Below, piece after piece: positions 26,301 to 40,791 of a stretch of DNA of 64,000 bases. Origin of the DNA: Ptychomitrium polyphyllum (lineage: Eukaryota); assembly GCA_973851085.1 (NCBI GenBank), contig OZ316775.1, forward strand, positions 20,150,001-20,214,000. The letters run 5' to 3'. The translations under genes and the position numbers were made by a program. Every line of letters begins with the position of its first letter. Within the stretch, counting starts at the first letter, position 1. Under the pieces are notes generated by a model. The model was not told the origin of the DNA, did no database searches, and saw only the letters and a list, made by a program, of their open reading frames with translations.

Positions 26301-29300
26301 TGCCAAAGAAGGAGGCTCGGGAAATTTCAGAATAGCAGTTGTGAGCAAAGCCCAACCATTGGCACGGTCTTCAACTCTGCAGACACAAGCAGTTACTCAG
26401 AATCAAGTCGCAAACTTTAACTTCAGCTGCAGGCTCTGAATAATATAAGGATGAAAACAGAAGTACCAAAATGCCATAATCCAAACACACCTTTCAGAAG
26501 CATCGAATTTGCCTAGAATGCAACTGATCGCTTCGAAGCACACCCTCTCACTCGGATCCAGGAGAAGCTGGTACAAAACGGTTGTAAACTGATTCTTCAC
26601 CTCTGGTCTTTCTGCAAGGATGGCCATTTATGTCAGCAAGAATGCCCACGTGCAAAAAACATACCGATCTCACACGTCTAAAGAGGCTAGGGAAAAACTC
26701 ACCATCAAGAACTCTTGCTCGAGAAAGGATGTAACATAGCCGGGCGAGGTAAACCCGAGCTAGGACGTCGTGAATCTGTAGCACCTCTTGCAATGAACCT
26801 GCAGATATATCGTAAAATTAGGGACTTGCTCCACAGAGTTCAGTTTGCAACATAAAGCCAAAAGCAAATCACTCAGAACTAGCTCTCAAATGCTGCTAAC
26901 GCGACATTACGAAGTCCAAATTAATTAAGTAAAGATGAGGATCCATCGTCGCCGCATAAAAATACATTTTCATGACAAATAGTTTACAACAAATCGGTTC
27001 TCCCAAGGACCAAATAGTCAAACAGTTTCCTTCAATATAACATCATGGACTTAGCAAAACAGTTTGTGCTCGTAGACTTGCGTCACTAAACAAGGCCTAC
27101 ATCAAGATGTAAAAGATCTATTACCTGAGCCACCTTCTTTGGTACCCAATGAAAGCTTGGCTGCAAACAGAGAGCAGAATAGAAAAACGGACCAACAAAT
27201 TTTGATCAGTATCCAGACTAGTACGACGGCCTGAACTAGAGATGCCCCAATGCAAAGCTCTACGACCACATGAGTAGCGTAGAAAGGAATATTAAATTGG
27301 ACACGATGAAGGAAGTGGAACATGCATATCCAATCTGATCGTCGAACATACGTCACCCTAATCACAACCCTAACCACGGTGTTTGATCAGTGTATTCCTC
27401 TGACAACCATGGCGAAAGCACTTACCCACTGCCATGGCCACTGCAGTGGTATCCTTGGTCGCCAACTCCGCCACCACCGACAATGCATGTCTCACTCCCA
27501 CAGGATCTGCACATGCAATTCTGAACAGAATCCACATTTTAATTGCTTCTCCCATGCATCTGCTCTAATTCTTCTTAGCTTCCTAGCTCCGAAAAATTCA
27601 ATACACGATATTAAATTCTAAGTTGCATCATTATTATTGCTGTCAATAATACTAATACTGATACCATTTCTGACTATAAACTCCACAAATTATTGGTCAG
27701 AGAAGTCCTTCAAGCAAAAACATGAAGATTTCACGCACCCTTGAACTGCTCGGTGAAGGAAGGCAGGATTTCCAGAATCTAATGGCAACCTTCGTAACGT
27801 GCTCAGAGCAGCATACTGCAAGTTACTTCGTAATGCAGACTGCCACCACCACCATTCAAAGCTCAGAAGAAATCCATCATTCCCATACAGCTATGACTTT
27901 CACAGAACTGATCCCTAATAAAATTATGCAACTCATCTTTGCAACCCCATTCTGTCAGAACTCCAACGGTATTATCAAACTGAGGACGGTTACCCTCGAC
28001 TCTAGACGCCAGAATTCCATATCACTCAACTGTTCAACTGTTCGACTAAGACAAAGTATTGCCATCCAACCGATAACTGAGGGCCTCCGCAGTCTGTTTC
28101 AGACTCGACAGTGGCAGATGCAATCCCCTAGTAAAAATATCCTTCAACTTGAGTTCTCTTGGTAGAATGATTCCCTATCTTCAACTTGTGACTCTTCTGA
28201 CAAACATCCTGAAAGACGGAAGACCCCTAACGCACACAATATCCAGTTCACTCATTTCGATGCATCCAAGCGCCTTCTGAATACAAGGACTCCAGGACCA
28301 CCAGGTGAACAATCTCACGGATGACGTTCACATATACATAGGCTACAAGCTGGAAGGACATACATAGATGCCTCTCAGCAAAAAGCGCAGGTTCCACTCA
28401 AGCATGCTAATCAAAATCTTTTTCGGTGCTTGAAAATCACTCGACCGATCAAACCAAACTGACAATCATCCAGTTGTTCCAGAAATAGGAGAAGAAAATG
28501 CTTGATTGAAGTTCACCTCTTTGTCCACGCTTTGCCTCCCAAACATGCCCTTCTTCCTCCTCAGCTTACCAGCGTCAGCAACCTGCATCCATTTATCTGT
28601 CACATCTCTATCCAAAGAGAAGAGGAAACCCACTCTACCTACCAGTAATATGTGTATTATGCTCCTCCCCAACAGTGGTCCAAGCAAGTGTGTAAGTTGC
28701 CTTGTCAAATAAGAAATCGCCTAAAGCCAAAGGGCACTGACATCTCTGACCATGGGATCCAACAACTATCAATAGTTTTCTCCTGAGCCAAGTCCAAACT
28801 TCAAGAGAATTTAAATATAGAAGGGTTCTGACACACAAGAGCAGATCTGAAAACTTTCACCCTTCACGTACACTGCTGCACTATCAGCAACATATAAGAG
28901 GAGCGTGGTGAAGGAATACAGACCTTGTCCAGGATGCCAAACACAATTTCATATAAGGTGGCAAGCACATCGTTGCTAGATGTAGGAGCAAAACTAAGAG
29001 CCTTGAGAGCTGCGATGCGCCGAGGATGCACTGCAATGAAAAACATGTAAAGATGAGAAAATTGTCAAGTCCTTCTCAATCCCAACACTTCCACTTCATT
29101 ACAAGGATCGAGATATCCTGCCAAATTCAAGAAAGTGACGACATATTCAAAACGAACTGATGTTCGCATGGTGCCGATCCCAAACGTGCTACGTACGTAG
29201 AGGCTCTGCGTTTCTAGCTTCGGCAGTGAGCTGAGTAATAATCTGTGGCACAACTTCTGCTCGTGTCACCACAGTTCCTCCAGCCAGATTTAAGTCGGCC

Positions 29301-30521
29301 AAAGCATCCCAATTGGGTGTTGGTAATCCTCCCCCAGGCGTAACACCTTGGGCACCACTCTCTGCCAGCAGCCTGGCAAGGAAGTAGTAAACATAGCGCA
29401 ATACGCTTCTGTCCTCCGACGACTGATGAAGCTGCACATGTGGCAAAGAGTTCACACAATCCAAGTCAGCAGCCTTCACGAACCACTATAGACACCTAAA
29501 CCCCGTCTTAACAAGGTTGATCGCTTGGTGCCGGCGGAGAGCCATGTGTGTTGTGCATCGTATGCTCAATTCATCATGGAACCACCCAAAACCTTCATTT
29601 AATCAGGGGGCTAAGGAGGACAAGTACAACGAATGTACAAGGACTCATTTACACAACCAGATGAGAGTGCTGCAATTACAACCAGCTCAACCAATAGAGC
29701 ATGGCCTTGAACACGGGGCTGCAAGGAGATCGTCAAACAAAGGTGTGGAAGAGGCCTAGTTCTCAGAGCTTGGAAGACGTCATTGACGAAAGACATACCG
29801 CAAGCAGGGAGGGGGCCAGAGAAGGATCGACGGAGCTGTAAACAGCAAGCTTGGGAAACACCTGGTGCACAAGCTGCTTTGCAGCGGTTTTCTGAGACAG
29901 CACAAACACACCAGTTGATTCGTCTCGTAATTTCTTCTCTAGAATGTCAACAACCCACTTTCCGCACTTTCAAGCAATCATATGCAGGTAAACTCCGGCA
30001 ACAAGAACTGGAAGCATAATATAGGTGCGACCCTTGATAGAAGCACGATAACGGCGTCAAACACGTACCTGATCGGCGGAAGCTGAAAGTTCTTGAAGAG
30101 ATCTGGCAAGGTGTGAGTAGGAGACTGGCTGCAAGCACATAAGATGCCCACGTGAAAGTGAATCATCAGTCAGGGATTATGCAGAGAGCCAACTGATTTC
30201 AATCACCTTCATGTAAATTTCATTTGAAATGTACCCTCAAACTGTTGACCTCTATTAAAAGGCATGCCAGTGTTTGAATAAGGAAAAGATAGCAAGAGTT
30301 ACCTTCTTCTTTTGTTTTGGAAGGCCAAGCCCGGTCTTTCCAGGCACTGAAGTTTTTATCGATGACAACAACTCCGGCGTCATCTGCACATTCGACTTCC
30401 TAGGAGGCACGTTTCTAGTAGGCCTTTCTGGCTTCCCGAGAGGGGGAAAAGCCGGATTACCAGGTGGAGGCGCATCTGATGTAATCAAATCCATCAGCGA
30501 TGCCCCTGGCTCTTGCGCCAT
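20308..30521 (-). CDS. TASH3: TPLATE-associated SH3-domain protein (TPLATE/TSET complex subunit), ~20 exons
   Basis: Starts MAQEPGASLMDLITSD. Internal KQLVHQVFPKLAVYSSVDPSLAPSLL, LRYVYYFLARLL, SNLQYAALSTLRRLPLD, LYQLLLDPSERVCFEA, VWFLGENANYAAGEYAWES. C-terminal SH3 KALYDFTAGGDEELNLTAGEELEIEYEVDGWF..VRKKRPGRDGKTQGLVPVLYV with TAG at 20308-20310. The splice sites checked are GT-AG. Confidence 0.93.
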
Positions 30522-31554
30522 CTTGATCCTCGTCGACGCCCCGAGGATTGGAGTTTCCTTCACACACGAATCATAAACCCGTCTCTCTCAACCTGCCATG
30601 CCGATCCACAAGCTCAGTCATCAGATTCTTTCGAAACAAACACGGGCAATTCCTCCCAATAAAGATAGCAGAGCCAGAACCTTGAGCATCAAATTCTGAT
30701 GCCAACAAAGGGTCGTGAGTGGCGCACCTATGTACAATCTCTTTACTGCTCCCCTAATAAAAACTACTTGTAAGAGAACATATCTATGCATAGAGAACAG
30801 AACAGGGGAAAACAAGTGCAACCTAGCAAGCTTTAATCTACGCATTTGAAAATGTGTTAGCATACTCCAGTCTGGAGAAAGCACATCCTCTAACTAGACC
30901 ACTCAGTAAGCACAACTACCGTTTCAGCTACTGCTCCTCAGTGCCATGATAGAATCGCTATTAACAAGAAACGAAACCCTAATTCAGCTACATTGCAGGA
31001 ATGCCAAGTAGAAACTCCCAATGCTGGATCAAACCATCTCCATTAACGCTAATGGCAACAAAAGAGAGCCTAAGATTCGATGCAGAGACAGGAAAATCCA
31101 CAGATCGAAGACTAACAAGAGGAAGACTACTCCAACTACCCGCGACCTTGAGCTCCCTAGACTTCGCAAGGCCGATCGAATCCACAAATACAGCCAAACA
31201 TCGAAGCCCTCTTACGTGCGGATTAAGAAAAGCGCCATGTGATCGAAGCAGTGAGAAGTTGCACACCTCAAGCGCGAGAGAAAGTTGGCAGCAATGAGGA
31301 GCAAATCGGGAGCGCTCGGTTCTGATTCGTTCCTGACTCAAATTTAGCGAGAAAGGGCTCGAAAGAAACGTGGAGAGGAGATCTTACTTGTGAGAGGGGT
31401 TCCGGCGGAGCGCGAGCGAGGAGGGCGATTAGAAAGGGTGTGTGGATCGATCAGAACGATGGCGCAGGCAGCGCAATCGGAGAAGCGGTCCGAGTGATTG
31501 GAGTGACTGCCGTTCCCCTTCGCAACCATGTTCTCTCCCAGCGCGTTCGCGAAC

Positions 31555-31705
31555 CCTCGTTCGTTCCTTCCTTCGCGATCACAAATCCTCGTTCGTCAAC
31601 GTAAAGGACGTCCAAAAATCTTCGTTCGTTCATGTTCACGAATCCTTGTCCACTGGTGTGCTGACATCCTCGTCCGTTGGTGTTCTGACATCCACGTTCG
31701 TTGAC
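31555..31705. repeat. Degenerate ~24-bp tandem / TTCGTTCG-rich repeat upstream of TASH3
   Basis: CCACTGGTGTGCTGACATCCTCGT followed by CCGTTGGTGTTCTGACATCCACGT, preceded by several (T)CGTTCG motifs. Confidence 0.5.
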
Positions 31706-32747
31706 TCCTTCATGCTTCTTTCTTTGTTAATTCTCCCTTCACATATCTTAGCTCAAGAACAGTGCTTATAAAAAATAAGATACGGATATCAGTATTGGAA
31801 GATGATGTACTAAATAGTACTTTTTTGAACATCTAATAAAATAATTTTCTTCTTGAAAAAGGTAAGATCTTTTTAATTTAGAAGTTATTTTGCATAACTT
31901 TTGAGTTGATTTCGAGTCAACTTGTATTTTATAAGTGTCAATTCTAGAAAAGAAACCCTTTTAATATTCAATATAGCATTAATTTCGCAAATACTTTAAT
32001 TCCACTTCTGAAGGCTCACATGTGTAGGTCACGAAGTTGAAATTCCCACAGGCAAAGACAAGTGCACTTTAGGGTGGGTAAAAATGAAAGCTTGGCTTGA
32101 GATTTTAGTAATCAAGCATTACTCTGATAGTGTGGTGAATTTTTGTAACAAGCTTAGGCCAAGGTTTTCCTTTTTTAAGGAGGTGAGATGGTCTTCCTTC
32201 TCTTTGCCTACATATTGGACCACGAGTACTGGCATAACTTCAAGATGATATCCCAACTTCAACGTTGGGAATATTCCAGACCGTTCTCTAGGTCACTCAT
32301 TCAGACCTCATTTCCATTACAGGCGAAACGTTATACTGGAAGGCGGATATATATTCTTGGAAACTGCGAGTGCAATCTAAATTATTCGTTTTAATATGGT
32401 GTTCATCCAAGTTCTGAAGGGCATGAAAATTGCGGAACTTAAACCTCAAAGAAAGGCAATCTTTGAGTAAGTACTGGTAATGCTACAATCGCCATCAAAC
32501 CTTGACACACCATGATACTTTTTGAAGCAATCACACAACGTAAAAGATTGGGTACTAATGTGAATTAGACAGAACAGTATCGTAAATATGTAATCTAGAG
32601 ACAACTGAACCCCAAGAGTAAAAAGTCTCGGATACTCAGATCATGTGGGGTTCTATGAACTATAGGCTTCTGGTCTGGTGGTTGCTACCTCTGCTGGAAA
32701 TGCCGTCACTCTGAATTGACAGGACAACAATAACGTCTAAGACTCTA

Positions 32748-35700
32748 TCAACAATTGATCCCACATTGTTGAAGATCAGGTCCATTGACTTTGGCCAAGA
32801 ACGGGTCGATACGGACCCAGAGGAGGGAGAAGATAGAGGCCAACAGAATCGACCATACTATAACTATTGTCGGCATGCGGTTCTGCCTGCCCATCAAACC
32901 TTTCAGGAAGGGATACAAGTGCACAATCACCCAGAAGGCAAAGAAAAGCTTGCCAAAGAGAGGACCCCATGATTGGTATCCGTTGTTAATTGCATCTGAT
33001 ACTCCAGCTACCACGCCTACTAGGTTGATGATGAGGAGGGTTGTAGGGGGTATAAGCAATGAAGTCCACTTGAAGACGTAAAGCTCCCCGAAGTCCTGAT
33101 CTTCAGACGACTTGGCTGTGACGGTGAAGTTGGTATCGATACCGGCAAAGACCTTCAAGAGACCTTGGAAGACGGCAAACAAGTGCGCAGACACACCTCC
33201 AATAACCCAAAACTGCTCATTTCTCCACCACTCGTCTATACCCACTCCTGACCACCTCATTTCAAGAATACCCGTGGCAAAAATGGAGATAAATAGAGAA
33301 ATGAACCATAAACTTGCGAGATTGCTTATCTGCAGAACATCAACAAGAGGTTCAATTTAGAAGAGACATGAGTACAGAAATCCTTTGAAGTGTTAGTTCG
33401 ATACCGAATCCGGCTCTGGTCGTATTCAATACGTCCAGAAACAACATACAAAAGGAAGTCCTGATTACACAACAGGAAAATTGTACTGTACAATGCACAC
33501 AGAAGTGTATGTGAGTAGTCAATATTTTCCATAGATTTTCCAAGGTATCTCAATAAGAAGGAGACGTACCGTAGGGATGATAAATTTTCCGGTTAGCAAA
33601 CACACTGCTGGAAGAACACAATAAGCGAGAAGCGGCAGAGAGGTGAGCGGGTACACAGTAGTATTGATGTATGCGAGTCTTTCAAGGCATTTTAATCCAC
33701 CACCCGTTCCACCACCATAGCCATACCATATTGGGCAATGACGACTAAGACAAATCTCCACAGACCCAAGAGCCCAACGCAATACTTGATTGAGACGGTC
33801 AGAAAGATTAATAGGAGCAGATCCCTTAAACGCAGGTCGTGGGGGCATGCAATATATAGAACGCCATCCGCGGCAATGCATTTTAAAGCCAGTGAGAATA
33901 TCCTCCGTAACTGATCCGTAAATCCATCCAATCTGTAACAAATGAACACGAGGCACTGTAGGTCAAAAGACAACCTCACTAGTAAAACCTTCTCTGCACA
34001 TGCATCAATGGCTTTACATCATAAGAATTTCAGCTCATTGATTGAAATCAGAATCTTCCTGATCATCACAAGTTCTAAGAATAAATGAATAACTAGTCAA
34101 CACAGCAAAAGTTTTGAGTTTAACCTCCTTTCCCCATTCTGTTTTGTCTTCGTATCCACAACTGATCACGTGAATGGCTTCTTTCAGTAACGAGCCTGGA
34201 TTTGCAGCATGAGGCACCCCTCCATTTTCAAGTAGAGTGGAGGCAACAAATATAGGGGACTGACCAAATCGTTTCTCGAAATTCTTCAACGACATTAGTG
34301 ATGATTTTTCTTCGCCGATTCCTACAGGTGCACGAGAGGAATCAGATAATACTTCAAATTATATTTCATGTTTAAAACATAGAGATGAATTGTGCATTAT
34401 TGAGAAGTACCTGCCAAGACATCTAGATTCACTAATATCTAAACGAAAAATCTGATATTTGAGGAAAACAGAGAGCATCATACCCTCCATTCCTTCTTCA
34501 ATGTCTTCAAGACTAAAGATAGGTACTGCAGAGCCTGCATTTGGAGACGCTCTCCTTTTTCCGGCTCTTTTAGATTTCGCCTGTTTGTGCCCAGTCTTCC
34601 AAAGTCCGCAGCACCATGTCGAACTTCTGTGACCCTTCTTTGAACTAATATCTTTAGGAGGAGGGTCATAACCGTAGAGTGCTTGTCTTTTAAACACGCA
34701 TCCAGTACCCACATACACAGGACCCTGAATACCATCGAGACCTTTCAAGTTGATCTGCAGTACATAAATCACAGCTTCGACGTGCTTCAGCATTTTAAGA
34801 GGAAAACAGACAAACTTCAGATTTCAATGAGGCCGTATGCTCTGCCCAATTAACATATTGAAAGTAACAGGAAAGTGAATGTAATGGAAAGAATTAATCT
34901 ATCCTCTGTGCCACCATTCAGAGTCAATAACATTCAGGTAATATATTACATACTCCGAATTACAGATACTTACGTCAAAGAAGACCGTATTATGGTTGGC
35001 GTATCTATCATTCCTGTCGATACCATCAAACCGCTGTGGAAACTGGACATAGCAAACTCTCTTGCCAACTGTTGGATCCATCAAGAAGCACATTGCTTCT
35101 CGAAGAGCCTTGCTGTTGTTAATGTAATGGTCGCAATCCAAATTGAGAAAAAATGGAGCATTTGTTAGGACTGCAGAAACCCGAACTAATGCATTCATGG
35201 CACCAGCTTTCTTGTGGTGATTAAATCCTGGGCGTTTCTCTCTTGATACATAAACCAGACGAGGCAATTCATTCCCTTCTGTGTCAAGCCCACCGCTGTG
35301 TCCTAAGAAGACCTGATAAAAGATAAAATGCAGAAAAATCAGCAAAAACTGTTGCGGTGGCCACCTGAATCACTCAATTAGAACAAAGAAGAATTTCTAA
35401 GCATGTCCTCAAAAGCAAAATGAGCGCTTACACCAGTTTTTTAGCAACTTCTATGAACGACCTCAGACCTATCAACTCACTTGAATCATTCCAGGATGGT
35501 CCCTTGTGTTATTTCCAGGCCAAGGTGTTCCATCTTGCATTGTCCACCCTTCCTCTGGCACTTTTTGGGCTTTCGCTACCAACGCATTCACCCGCACTTT
35601 AAACTCCTCGTACTCTCTCTGCATCAGGCGAAGGGAAGAACTGAAGAAAATTAACTGCAATATTTGTTATTTAGTTATTTATTTACTTATTTTTTTGTTT

Positions 35701-38700
35701 ATTTATTTTTTTGTTTATTTTTTTGTTTCTTAATTTATTTATTCATTTATTTATATACACACAAAATTCACTTCGGGCACGTTTAAAAGTTCTCATACAG
35801 AAATATATGAACAAAAAGAGTAAACAGGGATAAGATCATCTCCCAACCTTCATAGACCTGCGTTCTTTGACAAATGTTGGTTGAACTTTATCCTTCAGGT
35901 AATCAATCTTCAGAGCGAAGTAAACTTCGGGGGCCCTAGGTTCAATGTTGAATTTCTTACAAAAAGGAACCCACTTTCGAGCAAATTCTGATGTTTCAGA
36001 TAGAGCTTCGAAACTCAGCATCGCTGCACCATCATCAGACATATAGCACGAGACTTTGTCCACTGGATAGTCGACAGAAAGGATAGATAGCACAGTATTA
36101 GCTGTAACTAGTGGCGGTTCCTTAGTAGGATCCACAGTACTGACGAATATATCAACATGAGCCAGCTGAGACGGTTCGCCTTCTTTTTCATACCTGATCA
36201 AAATGTAATTCCTGGTTAAGAGCCACAAAATCTTCTAGCGAAATAAAGAACAAGCACAACTTCACAAGATAAGAAACAAGACAATTTAATCAATGGTAGA
36301 ATCACCTGGCCATGGGAGATGCTTCTTCAAATGTGAAACCGTATACAAGTCTTGTCAAGCAATATAAATAGATGCTAATACAAACTTCAAACACAAAAAC
36401 AAGAGCAGAAGAGAAATCGAGCAGCTACCTATATGTGACTGGGACAAATCAATGCATAGAGCATACTTCTAGGCTCATGCATATCATACTTCAATCATGC
36501 CAAGGGACATAGACACACCTGAGTGAAAGCCGGTCCAAGTAGGTCTCACGGTTGATAGGTAACCATTTCGGAAATTGGTCAAGAATCCAAGAAACAGCAA
36601 ACCAGATTTCGCATACTACGGATGTTAGCCATAATCCATAAGCGTCATGGACAGGGTTCAATATTCGATAGCGGAAGAAGAAGGCAATCACAACTAGACG
36701 AATCACAATTATCATCCTGTAGGGATTAATCCTGCTTGACGGGAAGGCCACTTTTCTTGACAAGGGCTGCCTTGATTCGTCCATTCTGTTAAACACAACG
36801 CATGTTCACAGAGTGTCAGTTGCCGTTCTTGTTGAACTAGGAGACCCAGTGTATACTGTGCTACGTGCATTGCCAGCAAAAATCAGGACATCCAGCGATG
36901 TGTAAGTTAATTATTTCTCTCTCAAATCATAAAGGTTTTGTCTGGTTCTGCACAAATATAGGACTAAAATTCAAGGGTACACATCTACTATTGTAGTAAA
37001 TTACGTGAGGCAACATACAGAAAATAGTATCAGGTCTTAAAAAACGCAAATATTCAGCATTTATTTTAGCAATCAGGGGCGCTGATATGATCGAGCAACA
37101 TGCCAAGAGCAGGCTATGTCAAATTCAGTCCCAGATTATGCCCACGTCAAAGACTCTCTATACAGGAGAATGTTCCTTAGATTCTTACATAGGCAGGTCG
37201 GGGCCATTGAGGTCGCCATCATACCGTGCACCTTTCCCATTGGTTTGATATTGACCTCCCTCCGTCATCATCATCTGCAACTTCTCCTGCCTCAACTTCC
37301 AGCTCTCTACCCTTTCCTTCCACGCAATACTGCCATAACCATATTGAGCAAGATCCTTGGTTGAATCCATTGGACGAGTTTTCACTGCAGCATACGAGTA
37401 AAGGACCTTGAGGAATGCAGTTGTAACAAAGGGCGCACACATTGGATGACATTCTACCAGTTGTTGTAATGCAGACCAGCACTAAATGAAGACCAGCCAT
37501 CGACCATCCGCTTCAAGAAACCAGGTGGACTGAGAACAACATACAGTCAACAGTTTACGACACAACTGGTTCACATACCTGGGACATTGCCTTCGAGGTA
37601 AGGAATAGGGTGCACCCTCTTTCCGCCCCCTGTACTTGAAGGAAGAACAATAGCATGATGCTCGGGTGAAGTCGTACTCGATTCAGTACTCGTTCCGGAC
37701 ACCTGAATTGCAGGAACTATTAAATCTAACTTTCAAGGAGCAATAACAAATCCGCCGTCCTCTTCAACTTTCGGAGAAAGAACGCAAGCTTCAAATCCAA
37801 ACGACATTCTAAAATTCGTGATATTCGACAAATTACACATAACTTTTACACGGTCAAGTATCACAGAAGGCAGCAATAGCAGTCATGCAGGGTGGAACTT
37901 ACCATATGTCCACTTGTAAGAAGGGGATACTGAGGCGGTATTGGTGACATCATTACGTCACTATCGTGTCCATAACCCATGTGGGCATGTAGCATCTCTT
38001 CTGTAACGTCTTGGTGCTTGTCCAGATGATCATTTTCGGTGTAGTTAAATTCATTCTCAAGGTCATCAGTGTCCTCTTCCTCTTCATCGCCGTTTACTCG
38101 TGGACTACCTTCATAGCCGACAACCATAGATGCGTCAGTAACTGTAATTCATGTGATTTAGTTCCTAGTCCAGAATTACGATGCGTGCACCTAAAATTTG
38201 TGGACCAATGTGATGGACGATTCCAGGAGACATACTGCTCACTAATCCTAAATCTAACGAATCCTTCAGGAGAACCAGGTAAAATGTCAATCCTAGACCA
38301 CAAGTTCGAAGTTTAGCCACAAACTGGGATAATACAGCAACTCTAGACCAAAATCAACACAAATTGTATCTCTTCTTGATAGTACACTAATAAGGAAACT
38401 CGAACGCAAACGCAAAGATCACCAAAACCTCGAGGTGAACAAGAAAGCAATTAGCTCAGCTTGAAGGAAACAACCCTTGGCCATCAAAGAGTATCCTTAA
38501 ATTCCACACAAGTATGCATATCTCGCAGAGAGCGTAAGCAGCAGAAACCCCAGTCATGCTGATAGACTAGAGAGACCCAAAACCCTAAATCTCCCACAGC
38601 GGCTTGTACGAAACGACAGGAGAACATTCCAACGTGACTACTTCCTGGGCGGTAGCAATGCAATAGAAATATAACGAGCAAGTGTCGCACCTTTGTGGCG

Positions 38701-40278
38701 TTTATAGCGAGTTCTACACTGAGGGCATGCTTGATTGCCCTCGTTACGCTCATACTCGTAGCAGGGGCGGCAGACCGGGAATCCACACTCATTACAGGCC
38801 ACAAAAAGCTCGCCCTCCATAGTGATCCCAACATCGTCACCACAAATTTGACAAATGTGGACGTTGACATTGCTCAGTGGCTTCGGCTGCATGTACCAAA
38901 CAGGAATCCAACATCCTAGTCAGAAACAACTTTTTTGCAATTTGCAACATCACCTTTCCTTTCCGTATTCGTCTGGACATAAGCACCCACATAGCTAGGT
39001 CGCACTTCCCATCCAAGCTATGGCCGTGAAATGACAATCCGTCGTGATTCTCTTCCATATGAACACAAGTCTCAGCCATGGTTTGGGTGGGACTCAAAGT
39101 GCGACCCATCTTGAATAGTTGCTCTCAGAAGAGCTTCCCAACTCTGCAAACGGAACACCAATGCAGAAGTGCAGAATCAATGAAGTCACCTAAAGCTTTA
39201 AGAGTGCTTCCTATCAAGAGCCCATGGTGTGAGATTTTGAGGAATTTTTGCAACTCAAGAAATGCTACAGTTGCGAAGATACTTATGGACGCAGGGGCTT
39301 TATATACCGACACTACAGACTGGCAAGTTGGATAAAGTGGGTCCTACAGCAATCTCATAAGCCAAAAATGGGGACAAAACTTGGAGATGGCGGAGCGGGA
39401 CGGGGTTTAAGCACACCACTGACTGTGCCAGTATCTCATTCAGCAACTTATTACTTGTTCTCTTCCTGTCACAAATTTGACGAGTGCCGGTGGCTAGGCT
39501 TCCTCGATTACGATGCTCTAGAGGGTTTTTCTCAACTACGATCCAATATGAATACTACCTCAGGCGACGACCTCACAAACGAGCTTTTCAGCGTTCTTCG
39601 CAGGCGCTCTCAACATAGGACTGCATAGGTCCCCAAGTCTTTTTATTCTGGGTTGCCTTTAGTCCATAGTTCTCCCTAACTTGACACAGACGTGCAAGAT
39701 ATGAAGAGCAGCTGTGAGTAATCGGTGACTGCCCAAGTGGGACGACCGAATCTGTAGTGAAGGTCCAAATTCTTGTAACTCTACACCCACGTTCTCATCC
39801 CTTGTTCTGATTCTGCTCGGACAGATTTCGTAGGTGCACATTTAAGAAGGGCGCCAGGGAGAGTCCAAAACCGAATCCTCCCCTGCTTCAATCGGAAAGC
39901 TACCAGTTATCCAACAATGCAGTCTCCTAGGTGCCCCCAGAACCACAATGCAATCCCTTAAGTTCAAATACTCTCAACGTCCATGATGACAGAGTCCGAA
40001 AAATACTCCTCACTGATTTTCTTGCCCAACACGCTGCAACTGTCTCTCTCCTCCCAACCCCCTCACCGACAATTAACTTGAACTCTACAATACTTTCATC
40101 AAAAACTGTGAGCAACTATGGTTTACAACTGCAAAAGCGGAACAATCAATCATGAAAAGGAAGAACGTATCAAAGGAAGTTTATGAGATTCATGACGAAC
40201 CCCATCACCATCTCGCCGAATAACAACGAGCTCATTGCGATTGTGAGAACCCGCCACCAAGCCCCCATACGCCTCCAT
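32748..40278 (-). CDS. CESA: Cellulose synthase catalytic subunit (GT2), multi-exon
   Basis: Exon 1 [26 protein letters not shown] (ATG at 40278). RING zinc finger [25 protein letters not shown]. Catalytic DDG, DCD, TED and QVLRW motifs, and C-terminal TM region ending QCGINC*. Confidence 0.97.
35665..35755. repeat. (TTTA/TTTG)n low-complexity tract in a CESA intron
   Basis: Run of TTTATTTA/TTTGTTT units. Confidence 0.6.
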
Positions 40279-40760
40279 CTGAAAATCCCACACCCACACG
40301 GAAGCACTTCTCTCTCGCACACTACACCATCATCTATTTATGTCAACACCATGGTTCACCATCTGCAAACTCACGTGAACTCCTCAGTAAGCTTACAACT
40401 ACACAACATCAACCAACTCTCTCCTTCTCCCTCTCTCTCACCTACACCGTCATCTACTCATATAAACGATCGTTGTTCACCATCTGCAAACTCACAAACC
40501 TCAGCAGAACTCACATGAGCTCCAAAGCTCAAAACTACGCTACATCAGCAATAGCTTGTTCCAATGGGGTTCCAAGAACTCCATTCTACACACCATTCCA
40601 CTCACCATCTAAACCAACCTTGTTCTCAATGTGCGAACCCAATCACAACCTCAACAGAACACACACATGAACTCTGACGCTTACAACTAAAAGTCTAAAT
40701 CAACAATGGTGAACTCGTTCCAACAGCTCCAACCCAAGTGCAGTGACTTGCTGCAGGAAA

Positions 40761-40791
40761 GCGCGCGCGCACGCGCACACACACACACACA
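40761..40791. repeat. (GC)n(CA)n purine-pyrimidine microsatellite near the CESA 5' end
   Basis: GCGCGCGCGCACGCGCACACACACACACACA. Confidence 0.85.
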
